DNA from: an uncultured Eubacteriales bacterium
Lineage (GTDB): Bacteria; Bacillota; Clostridia; Oscillospirales; Acutalibacteraceae
DNA: 64,000 bases
Reading direction: 5' to 3'
Assembly: GCA_965120375.1 (NCBI GenBank)
Contig: CBCPMW010000008.1
Coordinates: 6,091-70,090, forward strand
Under the pieces are notes generated by a model. It did no database searches. It saw nothing but the letters and a program-made list of their open reading frames with translations, and had not been told where the DNA came from. This document shows positions 1 to 9,238 of this stretch, in pieces; position 1 is the first letter of the stretch; each line of letters begins with the position of its first letter. A program made the position numbers and the translations under genes.

Positions 1-173
1 TTTTAGGTGAACATAATTAGTTTTACACATATTTTCACATATATTCCTATTAATATATAAAATTTTTCTATTTAATAGGTAATGTTTAGATATTTCAAAC
101 AAAAAATCAAGAACAAACTCTATACAGAATCTGTTCCTGAAAATGTCTCTCAAAACGATCATACAAACTCAAC

Positions 174-428
174 CTAAAAATCGAGATCTTCTTCTGATCC
201 AGCCTCTGATCCGTCTGACCCTTCACCTTCAACCTTTGGTTTCGGAAGTCTTAGTGCACTTCCACAGTAATAACAAGACTTAAGTCCAGGAATAGAAGGA
301 TTTACAATAGTAGACCTTTTGCAGTTGCCGCATATTACTTGGACCATGTTTCTTGGATCATAAGACGAAGGAGCGGGAGTTGATGCTGCTTTTTTTTTGT
401 CCTTCTTTGCCTTTTTTTTCTTAGCCAT
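174..428 (-). CDS. small zinc-ribbon protein (84 aa) with a poly-Lys N-terminus and an acidic C-terminus
   Basis: Intact ORF. Two Cys pairs (CGNC ... CYYC) about 20 aa apart form a zinc-ribbon signature. N-terminus is MAKKKKAKKDKKK and the tail is Glu/Asp-rich. It lies directly downstream of rnpB on the same strand. Confidence 0.5.
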   Translation of the reverse strand: MAKKKKAKKDKKKAASTPAPSSYDPRNMVQVICGNCKRSTIVNPSIPGLKSCYYCGSALRLPKPKVEGEGSDGSEAGSEEDLDF

Positions 429-489
429 TGCGTCAAACCAACTCCTTTATTTAAAAATTGATAACTGATTTTGGAGAAGTCAAAATAGC

Positions 490-840
490 AAGAAGCAGAA
501 CATATAAGCCGGATTCTGTTTAAAGTAGTCATCTATCTTGGCTAGCTGTTACCAACTAGCTCGGTGCCACATTCGATGGGACTTGCCGAGCAAGCATACA
601 ATAGTCCCGAAAGTGTTGCTCCGGGTAGGGTTTACATAGATACTATGTCTCCACAATATCTGGTGAGCTCTTACCTCGCCTTTCCACCCTTACCTGATTT
701 CTCAGGCGGTATATCTCTGTTGCACTTTCCCTAGGGTCACCCCCGGCGGCCGTTAGCCGTTACCCTGCTCTGTGGAGCCCGGACTTTCCTCACAAACAAA
801 GCCAAAGCCTTATTATGCGCGACTACAAGATCTGCTTCAA
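490..840 (-). ncRNA. rnpB: RNase P RNA (bacterial type A)
   Basis: The reverse complement reads GAAGCAGAUC...GUGAGGAAAGUCCGGGCUCCACAGAGCAGGGUAACGG...GGGAAAGUGCAACAGAG...CAGGUAAGGGUGGAAAGGCGAGGUAAGAGCUCACC...ACCCGGAGCAA...AAACAGAAUCCGGCUUAUAUGUUCUGCUUC. It contains both universally conserved P4 strands (GAGGAAAGUCC and ACAGAAUCCGGCUUA). A P1 helix GAAGCAG/CUGCUUC closes the molecule. The region is a GC-rich island in AT-rich DNA. Ends are approximate, within about 5 nt. Confidence 0.95.
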
Positions 841-948
841 AGAAAAGTATAACATACCCAAATAAAAACTGTCAATATCAGCTGTGACTATAGCTTAAGA
901 TAAAGATTTATTTCGATTAATTTTAATAAATTTACAGAAACTAAAACT

Positions 949-2430
949 CTATTCATCATCGTTTTTACTCAATGAGCTTAATGTGCTAGCAGCTTTACTT
1001 GCAACTATAACCGAAGAAAATCCTCCGACAAAGCCGTAAATCAACACTCCCCAACCGAGAAGCCTAAGCACAGTATCGGGGAAGTTAAAGTTAAGTTTTT
1101 TAACTTCTTTGTATTTTTTCTCAATCTCTTTGAGTGTTGATTTAAGCCCATTCACCCAATCTGTTGCACTGGCCGTGTGACAATATTTGTCATAGTAGTA
1201 ATAATAGTAAATAGGTTGGTTTTGTTGTCTATAGGACTTACGGGGAATATGATAATCAATTTTTTTCTGAAAAAATTGATTGATTTTATTTAAGTTATCA
1301 TGTATTTTTATTATTTCGGTATGTTTTGTACTAAAAATTGATATGTTTTCGTATAACTTAATTAAAATTTTCTCAAATTCAAAAATTTTCTCAAAGCGTT
1401 CAGAGACAGCGTCTATTGTATTGTAACTAAAAAAGTTTTGATATTTGACAGAGTTCTTGAGAGTTTTTATATAAGTTTTAGCCTGGCATATCTTTTCTGG
1501 GATTTCTTTGTATGTCTCTATAAGCTTTCTGTATTTATCATTATTTCTATGTCGTGCAATAAACACAAAAAGATTTTTACTATGTTCCATTTCTGAAATA
1601 TGTTTTTGGATATCTTCAAACATTCTTTCTACCTTTCTCAGGATTTCCATAGCCTGTGAGTAACATTCGACTCTGTTAGTTTTTGCCTTGTTAAGTTGCT
1701 TTTGAACTGTGTCTTTCTTTTCGCGATATTCTTTTTGGAAGTCTTCTATCTGCTCTATAATTTTATCTATTACAGCTAACATACTTTCCCGTTTTTCGTC
1801 TATTACGCTCTCTTTCCCTGATCTTTTCTTTTTAGTTGTCTTCATATGGCCGCCTTCTTCAGCTATAATGTACTGATTTGCTTCACTTATGGCGGTCTTT
1901 TTAATTGCTTCCAGCTCACTTTTATCAAAAAATAACTTGAACAAGTTGTCAATGGAAGGTTCTTTCGACTTTCTAAGAAATTTACCAAATGTGGAGTTTA
2001 GTTGTTTTAAAGCCTTTCGGGCTATTTTTTCGCCATAAGCCGCAACCGCAACATTTTTTTCGCGCTTTGAGGACTGAAAACCGCAATCTATTAGGTAATA
2101 TGATTTAGCAACAGCTTTAGCTGCCTCAGCTATTTCTCTACTTTCTTTCATTTTTTCTCTAATTTTTTCTTTAGTACTTTCCTTTTGCGTAAAAAATGCT
2201 ACGCTACCAACGCTGTTTAGCAAGTAAGATTTTAGAGGGGCTTTTTTTAGACGTGAAAAGGATTTTTCAAAGTTACTAAATTCAGATTCTAAAACTTTAT
2301 TTAATAGTTCTTGTTTGCTACCTCTGTTCTTGTCATTATTTGTCCATGCTTTTTTCACTTTCTCAGCCAAAACTTTAAGGTGCTTTAAGATCTTTTTTTC
2401 TTCAACTTCAGTTCTTTCTGCTTGTATCAA
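949..2430 (-). CDS. hypothetical Lys/Glu-rich helical protein with a C-terminal membrane anchor (493 aa)
   Basis: Long intact ORF with a strongly charged, heptad-like composition. It has a single hydrophobic segment near the C-terminus (LLGWGVLIYGFVGGFSSVIVA) and an unusual YYYYYY run. No family was recognised. Confidence 0.6.
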   Translation of the reverse strand: MIQAERTEVEEKKILKHLKVLAEKVKKAWTNNDKNRGSKQELLNKVLESEFSNFEKSFSRLKKAPLKSYLLNSVGSVAFFTQKESTKEKIREKMKESREIAEAAKAVAKSYYLIDCGFQSSKREKNVAVAAYGEKIARKALKQLNSTFGKFLRKSKEPSIDNLFKLFFDKSELEAIKKTAISEANQYIIAEEGGHMKTTKKKRSGKESVIDEKRESMLAVIDKIIEQIEDFQKEYREKKDTVQKQLNKAKTNRVECYSQAMEILRKVERMFEDIQKHISEMEHSKNLFVFIARHRNNDKYRKLIETYKEIPEKICQAKTYIKTLKNSVKYQNFFSYNTIDAVSERFEKIFEFEKILIKLYENISIFSTKHTEIIKIHDNLNKINQFFQKKIDYHIPRKSYRQQNQPIYYYYYYDKYCHTASATDWVNGLKSTLKEIEKKYKEVKKLNFNFPDTVLRLLGWGVLIYGFVGGFSSVIVASKAASTLSSLSKNDDE

Positions 2431-2594
2431 CTTTATTACCCCCTTTTATTTGTGTGTTTAAAACAAAAATATGAAGTATAACCATACAAAATATATAACA
2501 CATTACCAAATAAATTTCAAGGGTAAAAACAAACATTTTAGATAAAAATTTTAAATTTTTAATTTATATTTTTATTATAACTTTAATAAGCAAG

Positions 2595-2624
2595 TTGAAA
2601 TATAAAATGAATATGTGTTAAAAT
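2595..2624 (+). promoter_or_regulatory. candidate SigA-type promoter for miaB
   Basis: TTGAAA (2595-2600), 18-nt spacer, TGt-TAAAAT extended -10 (2616-2624). It is followed by RBS AGGAGGG and a TTG codon at 2651. Confidence 0.4.
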
Positions 2625-2650
2625 TAACAAGAGTTCTAGGAGGGATTTTT

Positions 2651-4027
2651 TTGATAAGTACGAGCAAAATCAAGTTCAGACAAGAATTGAGTAATTTTAA
2701 GAAGATTGTTATTCAAAAAAAAGCATGCGTAAAAACATATGGTTGTCAGCAAAATGCTTCTGATTCAGAGATGTTAGCTGGAATGCTTGAAGATATGGGA
2801 TATTTGATTACAAAAAATGAAAATGAAGCTGATGTTATAGTGATAAATACTTGTGCTGTGCGAAAACATGCAGAAAACAGAATATTTGGGAATATTGGGG
2901 CTTTAAAGGTCCTAAAAAGCAAAAAACCAGATTTGATCATTGCTGTTTGTGGCTGTATGACAGAGCAAAGTGAGGAAATTGAGAAAATAAAAAATAGTTA
3001 CTCTTTTGTAGATTTAATTTTTGGAACTCATTCTCTAAGTCGTTTTCCTAAACTTTTAGAAGAAACGATTTTTGGTAAAAAAAGGATCTTTATACGTAAT
3101 GACAAAAACGAGAAAATTTTGGAAGGGGTTCCTGTAAAGAGGGGAAGTAAAGTAAAAGCTTTTGTTCCAATTATGTACGGTTGTGACAATTTTTGTTCTT
3201 ATTGTATAGTTCCACATGTAAGAGGGAGAGAAAGAAGCCGGAAATCTAAGGACGTAGTTAAAGAAGTAGAAAATTTACTCAAAAACGGATATAAAGAAAT
3301 AATGCTTTTGGGACAAAATGTAAATTCATATGGTAAGAATTTGGAAGAAGAAATAAATTTTGCTAAACTTTTAAAAAAAATAGATGATTTCCCCGGAGAA
3401 TACAGGATAAGGTTTATGAGTTCCCATCCAAAAGATGCAACTTCCGAGTTAATAGATACAATAGCTTCGAGTAAGCATATATCTAGAGGGATTCATTTAC
3501 CATTTCAGTGTGGGAATAATAGAGTGCTGGGACAAATGAACAGAAAGTATACAAGAGAAAATTATCTTGATATAATTAATTACGCGAGGGAAAAAATAGA
3601 AAACTTGACTTTATCTAGCGACGTTATAGTGGGATTCCCGGGAGAAACTTATGATGAATTTAGGGAAACAATTACCCTTATAAAGGAAGTTAATTTTGTT
3701 TCACTTTTCACCTTTATATATTCCCCTAGAAAGGGAACTTACGCAGCTTCTATGGAAGATCCAGTAAAAAGAGAAGAAAAAGTAAAATGGTTGTCTGAAC
3801 TCCTAAAAGTTCAAGAGCAGATCTCGTTTCAAATTTACGAAAATATGAAAGGTAAGGTTTTCAGGGTCTTAATAGAGTCGAAAAGTGAAAAAGAAAATGT
3901 GTTGCTTGCAAGAACTGATAGCAATATCACAGTAGAAATTAGTGGATCAGAAGATCTTGTTGGAAAGTTTGAAAATATAGAAATTATGAATGTATCTGGA
4001 AGAACGATAGAAGGGAAAATTGTATAA
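2651..4027 (+). CDS. miaB: tRNA-i6A37 methylthiotransferase MiaB (radical SAM MTTase)
   Basis: N-terminal UPF0004 Cys motif region (TYGCQQNASDSE ... NTCAVR ... GCM). Radical SAM CxxxCxxC is present (GCDNFCSYCIVPHVRGRERS), followed by a C-terminal TRAM-like region. The ORF opens at GTG 2615, but that codon overlaps the predicted -10. TTG 2651 has a good RBS, so it was used as the start. Confidence 0.9.
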   Translation: MISTSKIKFRQELSNFKKIVIQKKACVKTYGCQQNASDSEMLAGMLEDMGYLITKNENEADVIVINTCAVRKHAENRIFGNIGALKVLKSKKPDLIIAVCGCMTEQSEEIEKIKNSYSFVDLIFGTHSLSRFPKLLEETIFGKKRIFIRNDKNEKILEGVPVKRGSKVKAFVPIMYGCDNFCSYCIVPHVRGRERSRKSKDVVKEVENLLKNGYKEIMLLGQNVNSYGKNLEEEINFAKLLKKIDDFPGEYRIRFMSSHPKDATSELIDTIASSKHISRGIHLPFQCGNNRVLGQMNRKYTRENYLDIINYAREKIENLTLSSDVIVGFPGETYDEFRETITLIKEVNFVSLFTFIYSPRKGTYAASMEDPVKREEKVKWLSELLKVQEQISFQIYENMKGKVFRVLIESKSEKENVLLARTDSNITVEISGSEDLVGKFENIEIMNVSGRTIEGKIV

Positions 4028-4044
4028 AATTTGGAGGATAAAAA

Positions 4045-4455
4045 ATGAATTTAATAGAGCTTGCAAGACAGCTTGGAGAAGAAATACAAAATGATGAATT
4101 GTACATAAAAGTTAGAATGAATGAACAAAAACTTGAAATAGATGAAGAGTTTCAGAATTTGATGAAAGAATTTAACGAAGAAAAGATGCAAATAAACGAA
4201 GAGATGAGTAAAGACAGCCCGGATCAAAATAGAATAGATATTCTTAATAAGTCTATAGGGGAAAAGTACGAAAAAATTACAAAAAACCCGAATATGATAG
4301 CCTTTCAGGAATCACAGAAAGAATTTATGGAAGTTATAAACAAAGTAAGTTCAATAATACTAAAATCAGCTCAAGGAGAGAGTCCGTATTCTGATGGAAT
4401 ATTTGATAATTTAGGCTGTGAAGGAAGTTGTGATGGTTGCTCAGGGTGTAATTAA
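4045..4455 (+). CDS. YlbF/YmcA-family regulatory protein (UPF0342-like) with a Cys-rich C-terminal tail
   Basis: 136 aa, helical and acidic. The N-terminus LIELARQLGEEIQNDELYIKV...F is typical of the YlbF/YmcA family. The tail is CEGSCDGCSGCN. RBS GGAGGA lies upstream. Confidence 0.6.
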   Translation: MNLIELARQLGEEIQNDELYIKVRMNEQKLEIDEEFQNLMKEFNEEKMQINEEMSKDSPDQNRIDILNKSIGEKYEKITKNPNMIAFQESQKEFMEVINKVSSIILKSAQGESPYSDGIFDNLGCEGSCDGCSGCN

Positions 4456-4484
4456 ACAAGGTTAGATTTTTAGGAGGAATCAAA

Positions 4485-7124
4485 ATGGCGGAGCATTCTC
4501 CGATGATTAAACAGTACTTAAGTATAAAAGAGCAGCACAAAGATTCGATACTTTTTTTTCGTCTAGGTGATTTTTATGAGATGTTTTTTGATGATGCAGA
4601 ACTTGTGTCGAAAGAACTTGAAATAGCTTTAACTGAAAGAGGATGTGGGCAAGGAGAAAAAGCTCCAATGTGTGGAATTCCTTATCACAGCTGCGAAGCA
4701 TATATAGCAAGGCTTATTTCAAAAGGGTATAAAATAGCTATGTGCGACCAAGTAGGGGATCCATCTAAAAGTAGAGGTTTGGTTGACAGAGAAGTTGTAA
4801 GAGTTATAACTCCTGGAACTGTTATAGAGCCAAACATGCTCGACGAGTCTAAAAACAACTATATTTGCTCTATTTTTGTGGAAGATAATTCGTCTGGAAT
4901 TTGTTTTTGTGATGTTTCAACTGGTGAACTTAAACTTGCAGAGCTTTATGGGTCGGATATAGTACGACAAATTCAAAATGAACTTGGACGATTTTGTCCG
5001 AAAGAGGTTCTAATAGGTGGGAAAATAGCACTTTTAGATTCACTTAAGAGTTTTATGAAAGATAAGCTTTGTTGCAATGTAGAATTTCTAAATCAAGAAT
5101 GTTTTGATCTTGAAGCTTCAATAGATAAGTTTAATAAACATTTTGGAGATAATAAAGTAAGAAGTGATAACATATGCAAAAAAAAGTTTGTTTTAAGGGC
5201 TATAGGCGCATTAATTTTTTATTTAGAAATGACGCAAGAAGCTGGGCTTGAGAGAATAAACAGAATAAAACTTTATAACGATTCTGAGTATATGGGGCTA
5301 GATTTAAATACAATAAGAAATTTAGAATTAGTTGAAACAATGAGAAGTAAAGATAAAAAAGGATCACTTTTATGGGTTTTAGATCAAACAAAAACAGCTA
5401 TGGGTAAAAGACTTTTGAGATCTTGGGTTGAAAGGCCACTTGTAAATAGTGATAAAATAGTAAAGCGACAAGATGCTATCTCTGAAATATATAATGATGC
5501 TATTTTAAGAGACGAGCTTGCAGACATTCTCTGTGGAATTTATGATATAGAAAGATTAATGACAAGAATAACATACAGTTCAGCGAACGCAAGGGATCTA
5601 AAAGCACTTGCAAGTGTTATTCCAAGAATACCAAAACTTAAAAAGGTTATAGAAGGTAAATTGTCTACAATACTCCTATATATTTATGAAAATATAGATG
5701 ATTTAGAAGATATTTTTAAGCTAATTGATGAAGCTATTGTAGACGAACCTCCGTTTTCTGTAAAAGAAGGTGGAATAATAAAAAAAGGGTATAGCGAAGA
5801 AATTGATAAAGTAAAAAATGATATGAACGGAGGGAAAGATATAATTGCCTCAATTGAGGCTAAAGAAAAAAGTAAAACAGGGATACAAAAACTTAAAGTT
5901 GGATACAATAAAATTTCGGGTTACTATATAGAAGTTACGAACTCTTATAAAAAGTTAGTTCCGGATGAATACATAAGAAAGCAAACTTTAACAAACTGTG
6001 AAAGATATACAACTAGTGAATTAAAGGAAATTGAAGGAAGAATTCTAGGAGCAAGGGAAAGAGCAGCTCAGCTTGAGTATGAAGCTTTTGAGAAAATAAG
6101 AGAAAAAGTGGCAAATAATCTCAGAAGAATAAGTAATTCAGCTAATTTAATAGCTTTAATTGATGTTTTAAGATCTCTTGCAGATGTTGCTTCTAAAAAT
6201 GATTTTAAAAAGCCGAAAATAAGTCTAAATGATAAAATTTTGATTAAAGATGGAAGGCATCCTGTAATTGAAACACTTTTAATTAACGAATCTTTCGTTC
6301 CTAACGATATTGTACTTGATAATAGAGAAAATATGATTGCCATAATAACAGGTCCAAACATGGCCGGAAAGTCAACTTATATGAGGCAAGTTGCTTTAAT
6401 TGTTTTAATGGCTCAGATTGGAAGTTTTGTTCCAGCGAGCTATGCTGAAATCGGAATTGTAGACAGTATATTTACAAGAATTGGTGCGTCAGACGATTTA
6501 GCTTCTGGTCAGTCTACTTTTATGGTTGAAATGAATGAAGTAGCTCAAATTGTAAAAAATGCTACAGATAAAAGTCTTCTTATACTTGATGAAATAGGGA
6601 GAGGAACTTCAACTTTTGACGGAATGAGTATAGCAAGGGCAGTGCTTGAATATGTAGCCGATAAAAGTAAACTTGGCTCAAAAACTCTTTTTGCTACACA
6701 TTATCATGAATTGACATCTGTAAGTAGTATTTGTAAGGGAGTAAAAAATTACAATATAGCTGTAAAAAAAATAGGAGATAATATAACTTTTCTTAGAAAA
6801 ATTGTGCCAGGGGGAGCAGATGACAGTTATGGAATACAAGTTGCCAAACTTGCTGGAATACCAGAGTGGATTATATCTAGAGCAAAGGAGGTTTTACGTG
6901 AAATAGAAAACGTAGAAAAATGTTTATCATTTGACCAGCAAAAGTCAAATGATAAACTTGATTCGAAAGAAGAAATTGATCCATATAAAAAATTTGAAAG
7001 TTATAATGAGATTTATGCAGCGCAAAAAATAGTAGAAAAGCTTAAAGAAACAGATGTAAATATGATAAATCCAATGGAAGCTATAAATATACTTTTTAGT
7101 CTTGTAAATATGGTAAAAAGTTAG
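4485..7124 (+). CDS. mutS: DNA mismatch repair protein MutS
   Basis: N-terminus is TPMIKQYLSIKEQHKDSILFFRLGDFYEMFFDDA. Walker A is GPNMAGKSTYMRQ, followed by STFMVEMNE and DEIGRGTSTFDG. Length 879 aa. Confidence 0.97.
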   Translation: MAEHSPMIKQYLSIKEQHKDSILFFRLGDFYEMFFDDAELVSKELEIALTERGCGQGEKAPMCGIPYHSCEAYIARLISKGYKIAMCDQVGDPSKSRGLVDREVVRVITPGTVIEPNMLDESKNNYICSIFVEDNSSGICFCDVSTGELKLAELYGSDIVRQIQNELGRFCPKEVLIGGKIALLDSLKSFMKDKLCCNVEFLNQECFDLEASIDKFNKHFGDNKVRSDNICKKKFVLRAIGALIFYLEMTQEAGLERINRIKLYNDSEYMGLDLNTIRNLELVETMRSKDKKGSLLWVLDQTKTAMGKRLLRSWVERPLVNSDKIVKRQDAISEIYNDAILRDELADILCGIYDIERLMTRITYSSANARDLKALASVIPRIPKLKKVIEGKLSTILLYIYENIDDLEDIFKLIDEAIVDEPPFSVKEGGIIKKGYSEEIDKVKNDMNGGKDIIASIEAKEKSKTGIQKLKVGYNKISGYYIEVTNSYKKLVPDEYIRKQTLTNCERYTTSELKEIEGRILGARERAAQLEYEAFEKIREKVANNLRRISNSANLIALIDVLRSLADVASKNDFKKPKISLNDKILIKDGRHPVIETLLINESFVPNDIVLDNRENMIAIITGPNMAGKSTYMRQVALIVLMAQIGSFVPASYAEIGIVDSIFTRIGASDDLASGQSTFMVEMNEVAQIVKNATDKSLLILDEIGRGTSTFDGMSIARAVLEYVADKSKLGSKTLFATHYHELTSVSSICKGVKNYNIAVKKIGDNITFLRKIVPGGADDSYGIQVAKLAGIPEWIISRAKEVLREIENVEKCLSFDQQKSNDKLDSKEEIDPYKKFESYNEIYAAQKIVEKLKETDVNMINPMEAINILFSLVNMVKS

Positions 7125-7140
7125 GTTGGAGATTTTTAAA

Positions 7141-9231
7141 ATGAAAAGAATAGGAATGCTTGATAAGTGTGTATCTGAAATGATTGCAGCTGGAGAAGTT
7201 GTAGAGCGTCCAGCGTCAGTTGTTAAGGAGCTTGTAGAAAATTCAATAGATGCAGGAGCGAAAAAAATAACTGTAGAGATAAAAAATGGCGGAATTTCTA
7301 TGATAAAAATTTCGGATAACGGAAGTGGAATTCATAAAGATGATATAAAGATAGCTTTTTTTAGGCACTCAACTAGCAAAATTCAGAAGATATCGGATTT
7401 AAATTCAATAGAAACTTTGGGATTTAGAGGGGAAGCTTTGTGTTCAATTTCCTCTGTTTCTCGTGTTGAACTTATAACAGCTCAAGAAGGTCAGGATTTT
7501 GGGGTTAGATATCTGATTGAGGGTGGACAGGAAAAATGCTTTGAAGATGCAGGAAGGTCTCGCGGGACAACTTTTGTAGTTAGAGATCTTTTTTTCAATA
7601 CACCAGCAAGATTAAAATTTCTAAAGAAAGAAAGTACAGAAGCAAGTTTAGTATCTTCAGTTGTCGAAAAAATTGCTTTATCACACCCTGAAATTGCAAT
7701 TAGTTTTGTAAAGGATGGTAAAATATTAGCAAATACACCCGGAGACGGAAAAGTTTTATCGTGTGTGTATTCTATTTACGGCAGAAATATTTTTGAAAAA
7801 ATGATAGAAATTGAGTATAAAGCTAAAAACGTAAGTGTAACTGGCTATATTACTAAACCTGAAGCTGCAAGACCAAATAGATTACTTCAAAATTTTTTTG
7901 TTAACCGTAGATTTGCAAAAGTAAAAATTGCAAGTCTCGCTCTGGAAGAGGCTTTTAAAGGTTTTATGATGGTAGGGAAACATCCGGCTTGTGTAATTTA
8001 TATAGATATTCCTTATGCAACAGTTGATGTAAACGTTCATCCAGCTAAAATAGAAGTAAGATTTGAGAATGAAAAAGTTATATTTGAGGCTGTGTACAAT
8101 GCTGTAAGAAATGCACTGAAAAATGACAGGTCAAGAAAAGAAATAAGTTTAAGTGCTGGAAAGTATTTTCATAGCGAAGAAGATACTAGGAATGAAATGA
8201 AAAAAACAGTTGATCAAAATGTAAAAAATTGTACCAAAGGTTCAGTAGAGACTTATAACGGACGAGAGGTCAAAACCAAAATTTTTGATAGTTTATGTAG
8301 ACCAAATGAATCTATTTTTTCAGCTAGATTTTCAGATTTTACAAATGGCGAAGGGTTTTTAGAAAAAACTCATAAAATTTCTGTAAAAAAGCCTGATATA
8401 TTCTGGAGTAGTGAGGATTTAGGAAATTTTAATGAAGAAGAGCATCAAAAAAATACGGACCAAAACAGTGATATTTTCCAAAACGAAAAGTTTAATAGTA
8501 GCGAAGAAACAAGTGTGCTAAAAAATTTTAATTTTAAAGAACATACGCTAAAAAATGATGAAGAGAACGAATTTAAAAATATTAAAGTTCAAAGTTCGGA
8601 AGATGATAAATCTAAAAAAGAAAATTTTGAGGACATTAACTTAAGTGAAGTTATAGTTAAGGAGAAGTCTAAAAAAGTATTGGGGGAAATTTTTGAGTGT
8701 TATATTGTAGTTGAAGAAGAAGATCGTATAATTTTTATAGATAAACATGCAGCACACGAGAGAATTTTATATAATAGACTCAAAGAAAACGAAAGAGAGA
8801 TTACCTCGCAAGTTCTTTTAAGTGCAGTTGTGGTTTCTCTAGATAAAGAAAGTTACTATGCTGCAATAGAAAATGTAGATTTATTTTCTAAATCTGGATA
8901 CCAAATAGAAGATTTTGGGAATGGATCTGTTATAGTAAGAAGCGCGCCTACTTATCTTAGTGAAGCAGAGATCGAAAGTACAGTGATTGAAATTTCTGGA
9001 TATATAGTAAATAATAAAAGTGATCTTAGCACAAAATATCTTGGTTGGCTTTACCATAATGTTGCTTGCAGGTCAGCTATGAAAGCAGGAGAAAAAAGTA
9101 GTGAAGAGGAAATAAAAAGTTTGCTGGATATGCTTGAAAATAGTCCGGAAGTTGTGTACTGTCCACATGGAAGACCAGTTTATATAGAACTTAAAAAGAA
9201 GCACATAGAAAAACAGTTTGGGAGGAGCTGA
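7141..9231 (+). CDS. mutL: DNA mismatch repair protein MutL
   Basis: GHKL ATPase N-terminus (IAAGEVVERPASVVKELVENSIDAGA ... DNGSGI ... GFRGEAL). A long low-complexity linker follows, then the C-terminal dimerisation/endonuclease region (DKHAAHERILY ... ACRSA ... CPHGRP). The ORF opens at TTG 7126; ATG 7141 was preferred by comparison with typical MutL N-termini. Confidence 0.95.
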   Translation: MKRIGMLDKCVSEMIAAGEVVERPASVVKELVENSIDAGAKKITVEIKNGGISMIKISDNGSGIHKDDIKIAFFRHSTSKIQKISDLNSIETLGFRGEALCSISSVSRVELITAQEGQDFGVRYLIEGGQEKCFEDAGRSRGTTFVVRDLFFNTPARLKFLKKESTEASLVSSVVEKIALSHPEIAISFVKDGKILANTPGDGKVLSCVYSIYGRNIFEKMIEIEYKAKNVSVTGYITKPEAARPNRLLQNFFVNRRFAKVKIASLALEEAFKGFMMVGKHPACVIYIDIPYATVDVNVHPAKIEVRFENEKVIFEAVYNAVRNALKNDRSRKEISLSAGKYFHSEEDTRNEMKKTVDQNVKNCTKGSVETYNGREVKTKIFDSLCRPNESIFSARFSDFTNGEGFLEKTHKISVKKPDIFWSSEDLGNFNEEEHQKNTDQNSDIFQNEKFNSSEETSVLKNFNFKEHTLKNDEENEFKNIKVQSSEDDKSKKENFEDINLSEVIVKEKSKKVLGEIFECYIVVEEEDRIIFIDKHAAHERILYNRLKENEREITSQVLLSAVVVSLDKESYYAAIENVDLFSKSGYQIEDFGNGSVIVRSAPTYLSEAEIESTVIEISGYIVNNKSDLSTKYLGWLYHNVACRSAMKAGEKSSEEEIKSLLDMLENSPEVVYCPHGRPVYIELKKKHIEKQFGRS

Positions 9232-9238
9232 TAAATTT

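Noticed and set aside
335-532. A 65-aa ORF overlapping the 3' part of rnpB and the zinc-ribbon gene
   Set aside because: It overlaps a confidently identified RNase P RNA and another ORF with better features, so it is a chance frame.
8150-8680. A long Asn/Glu/Lys/Ser-rich low-complexity stretch inside mutL
   Set aside because: It corresponds to the naturally disordered, length-variable linker between the MutL ATPase and C-terminal domains, so it is not an insertion element.
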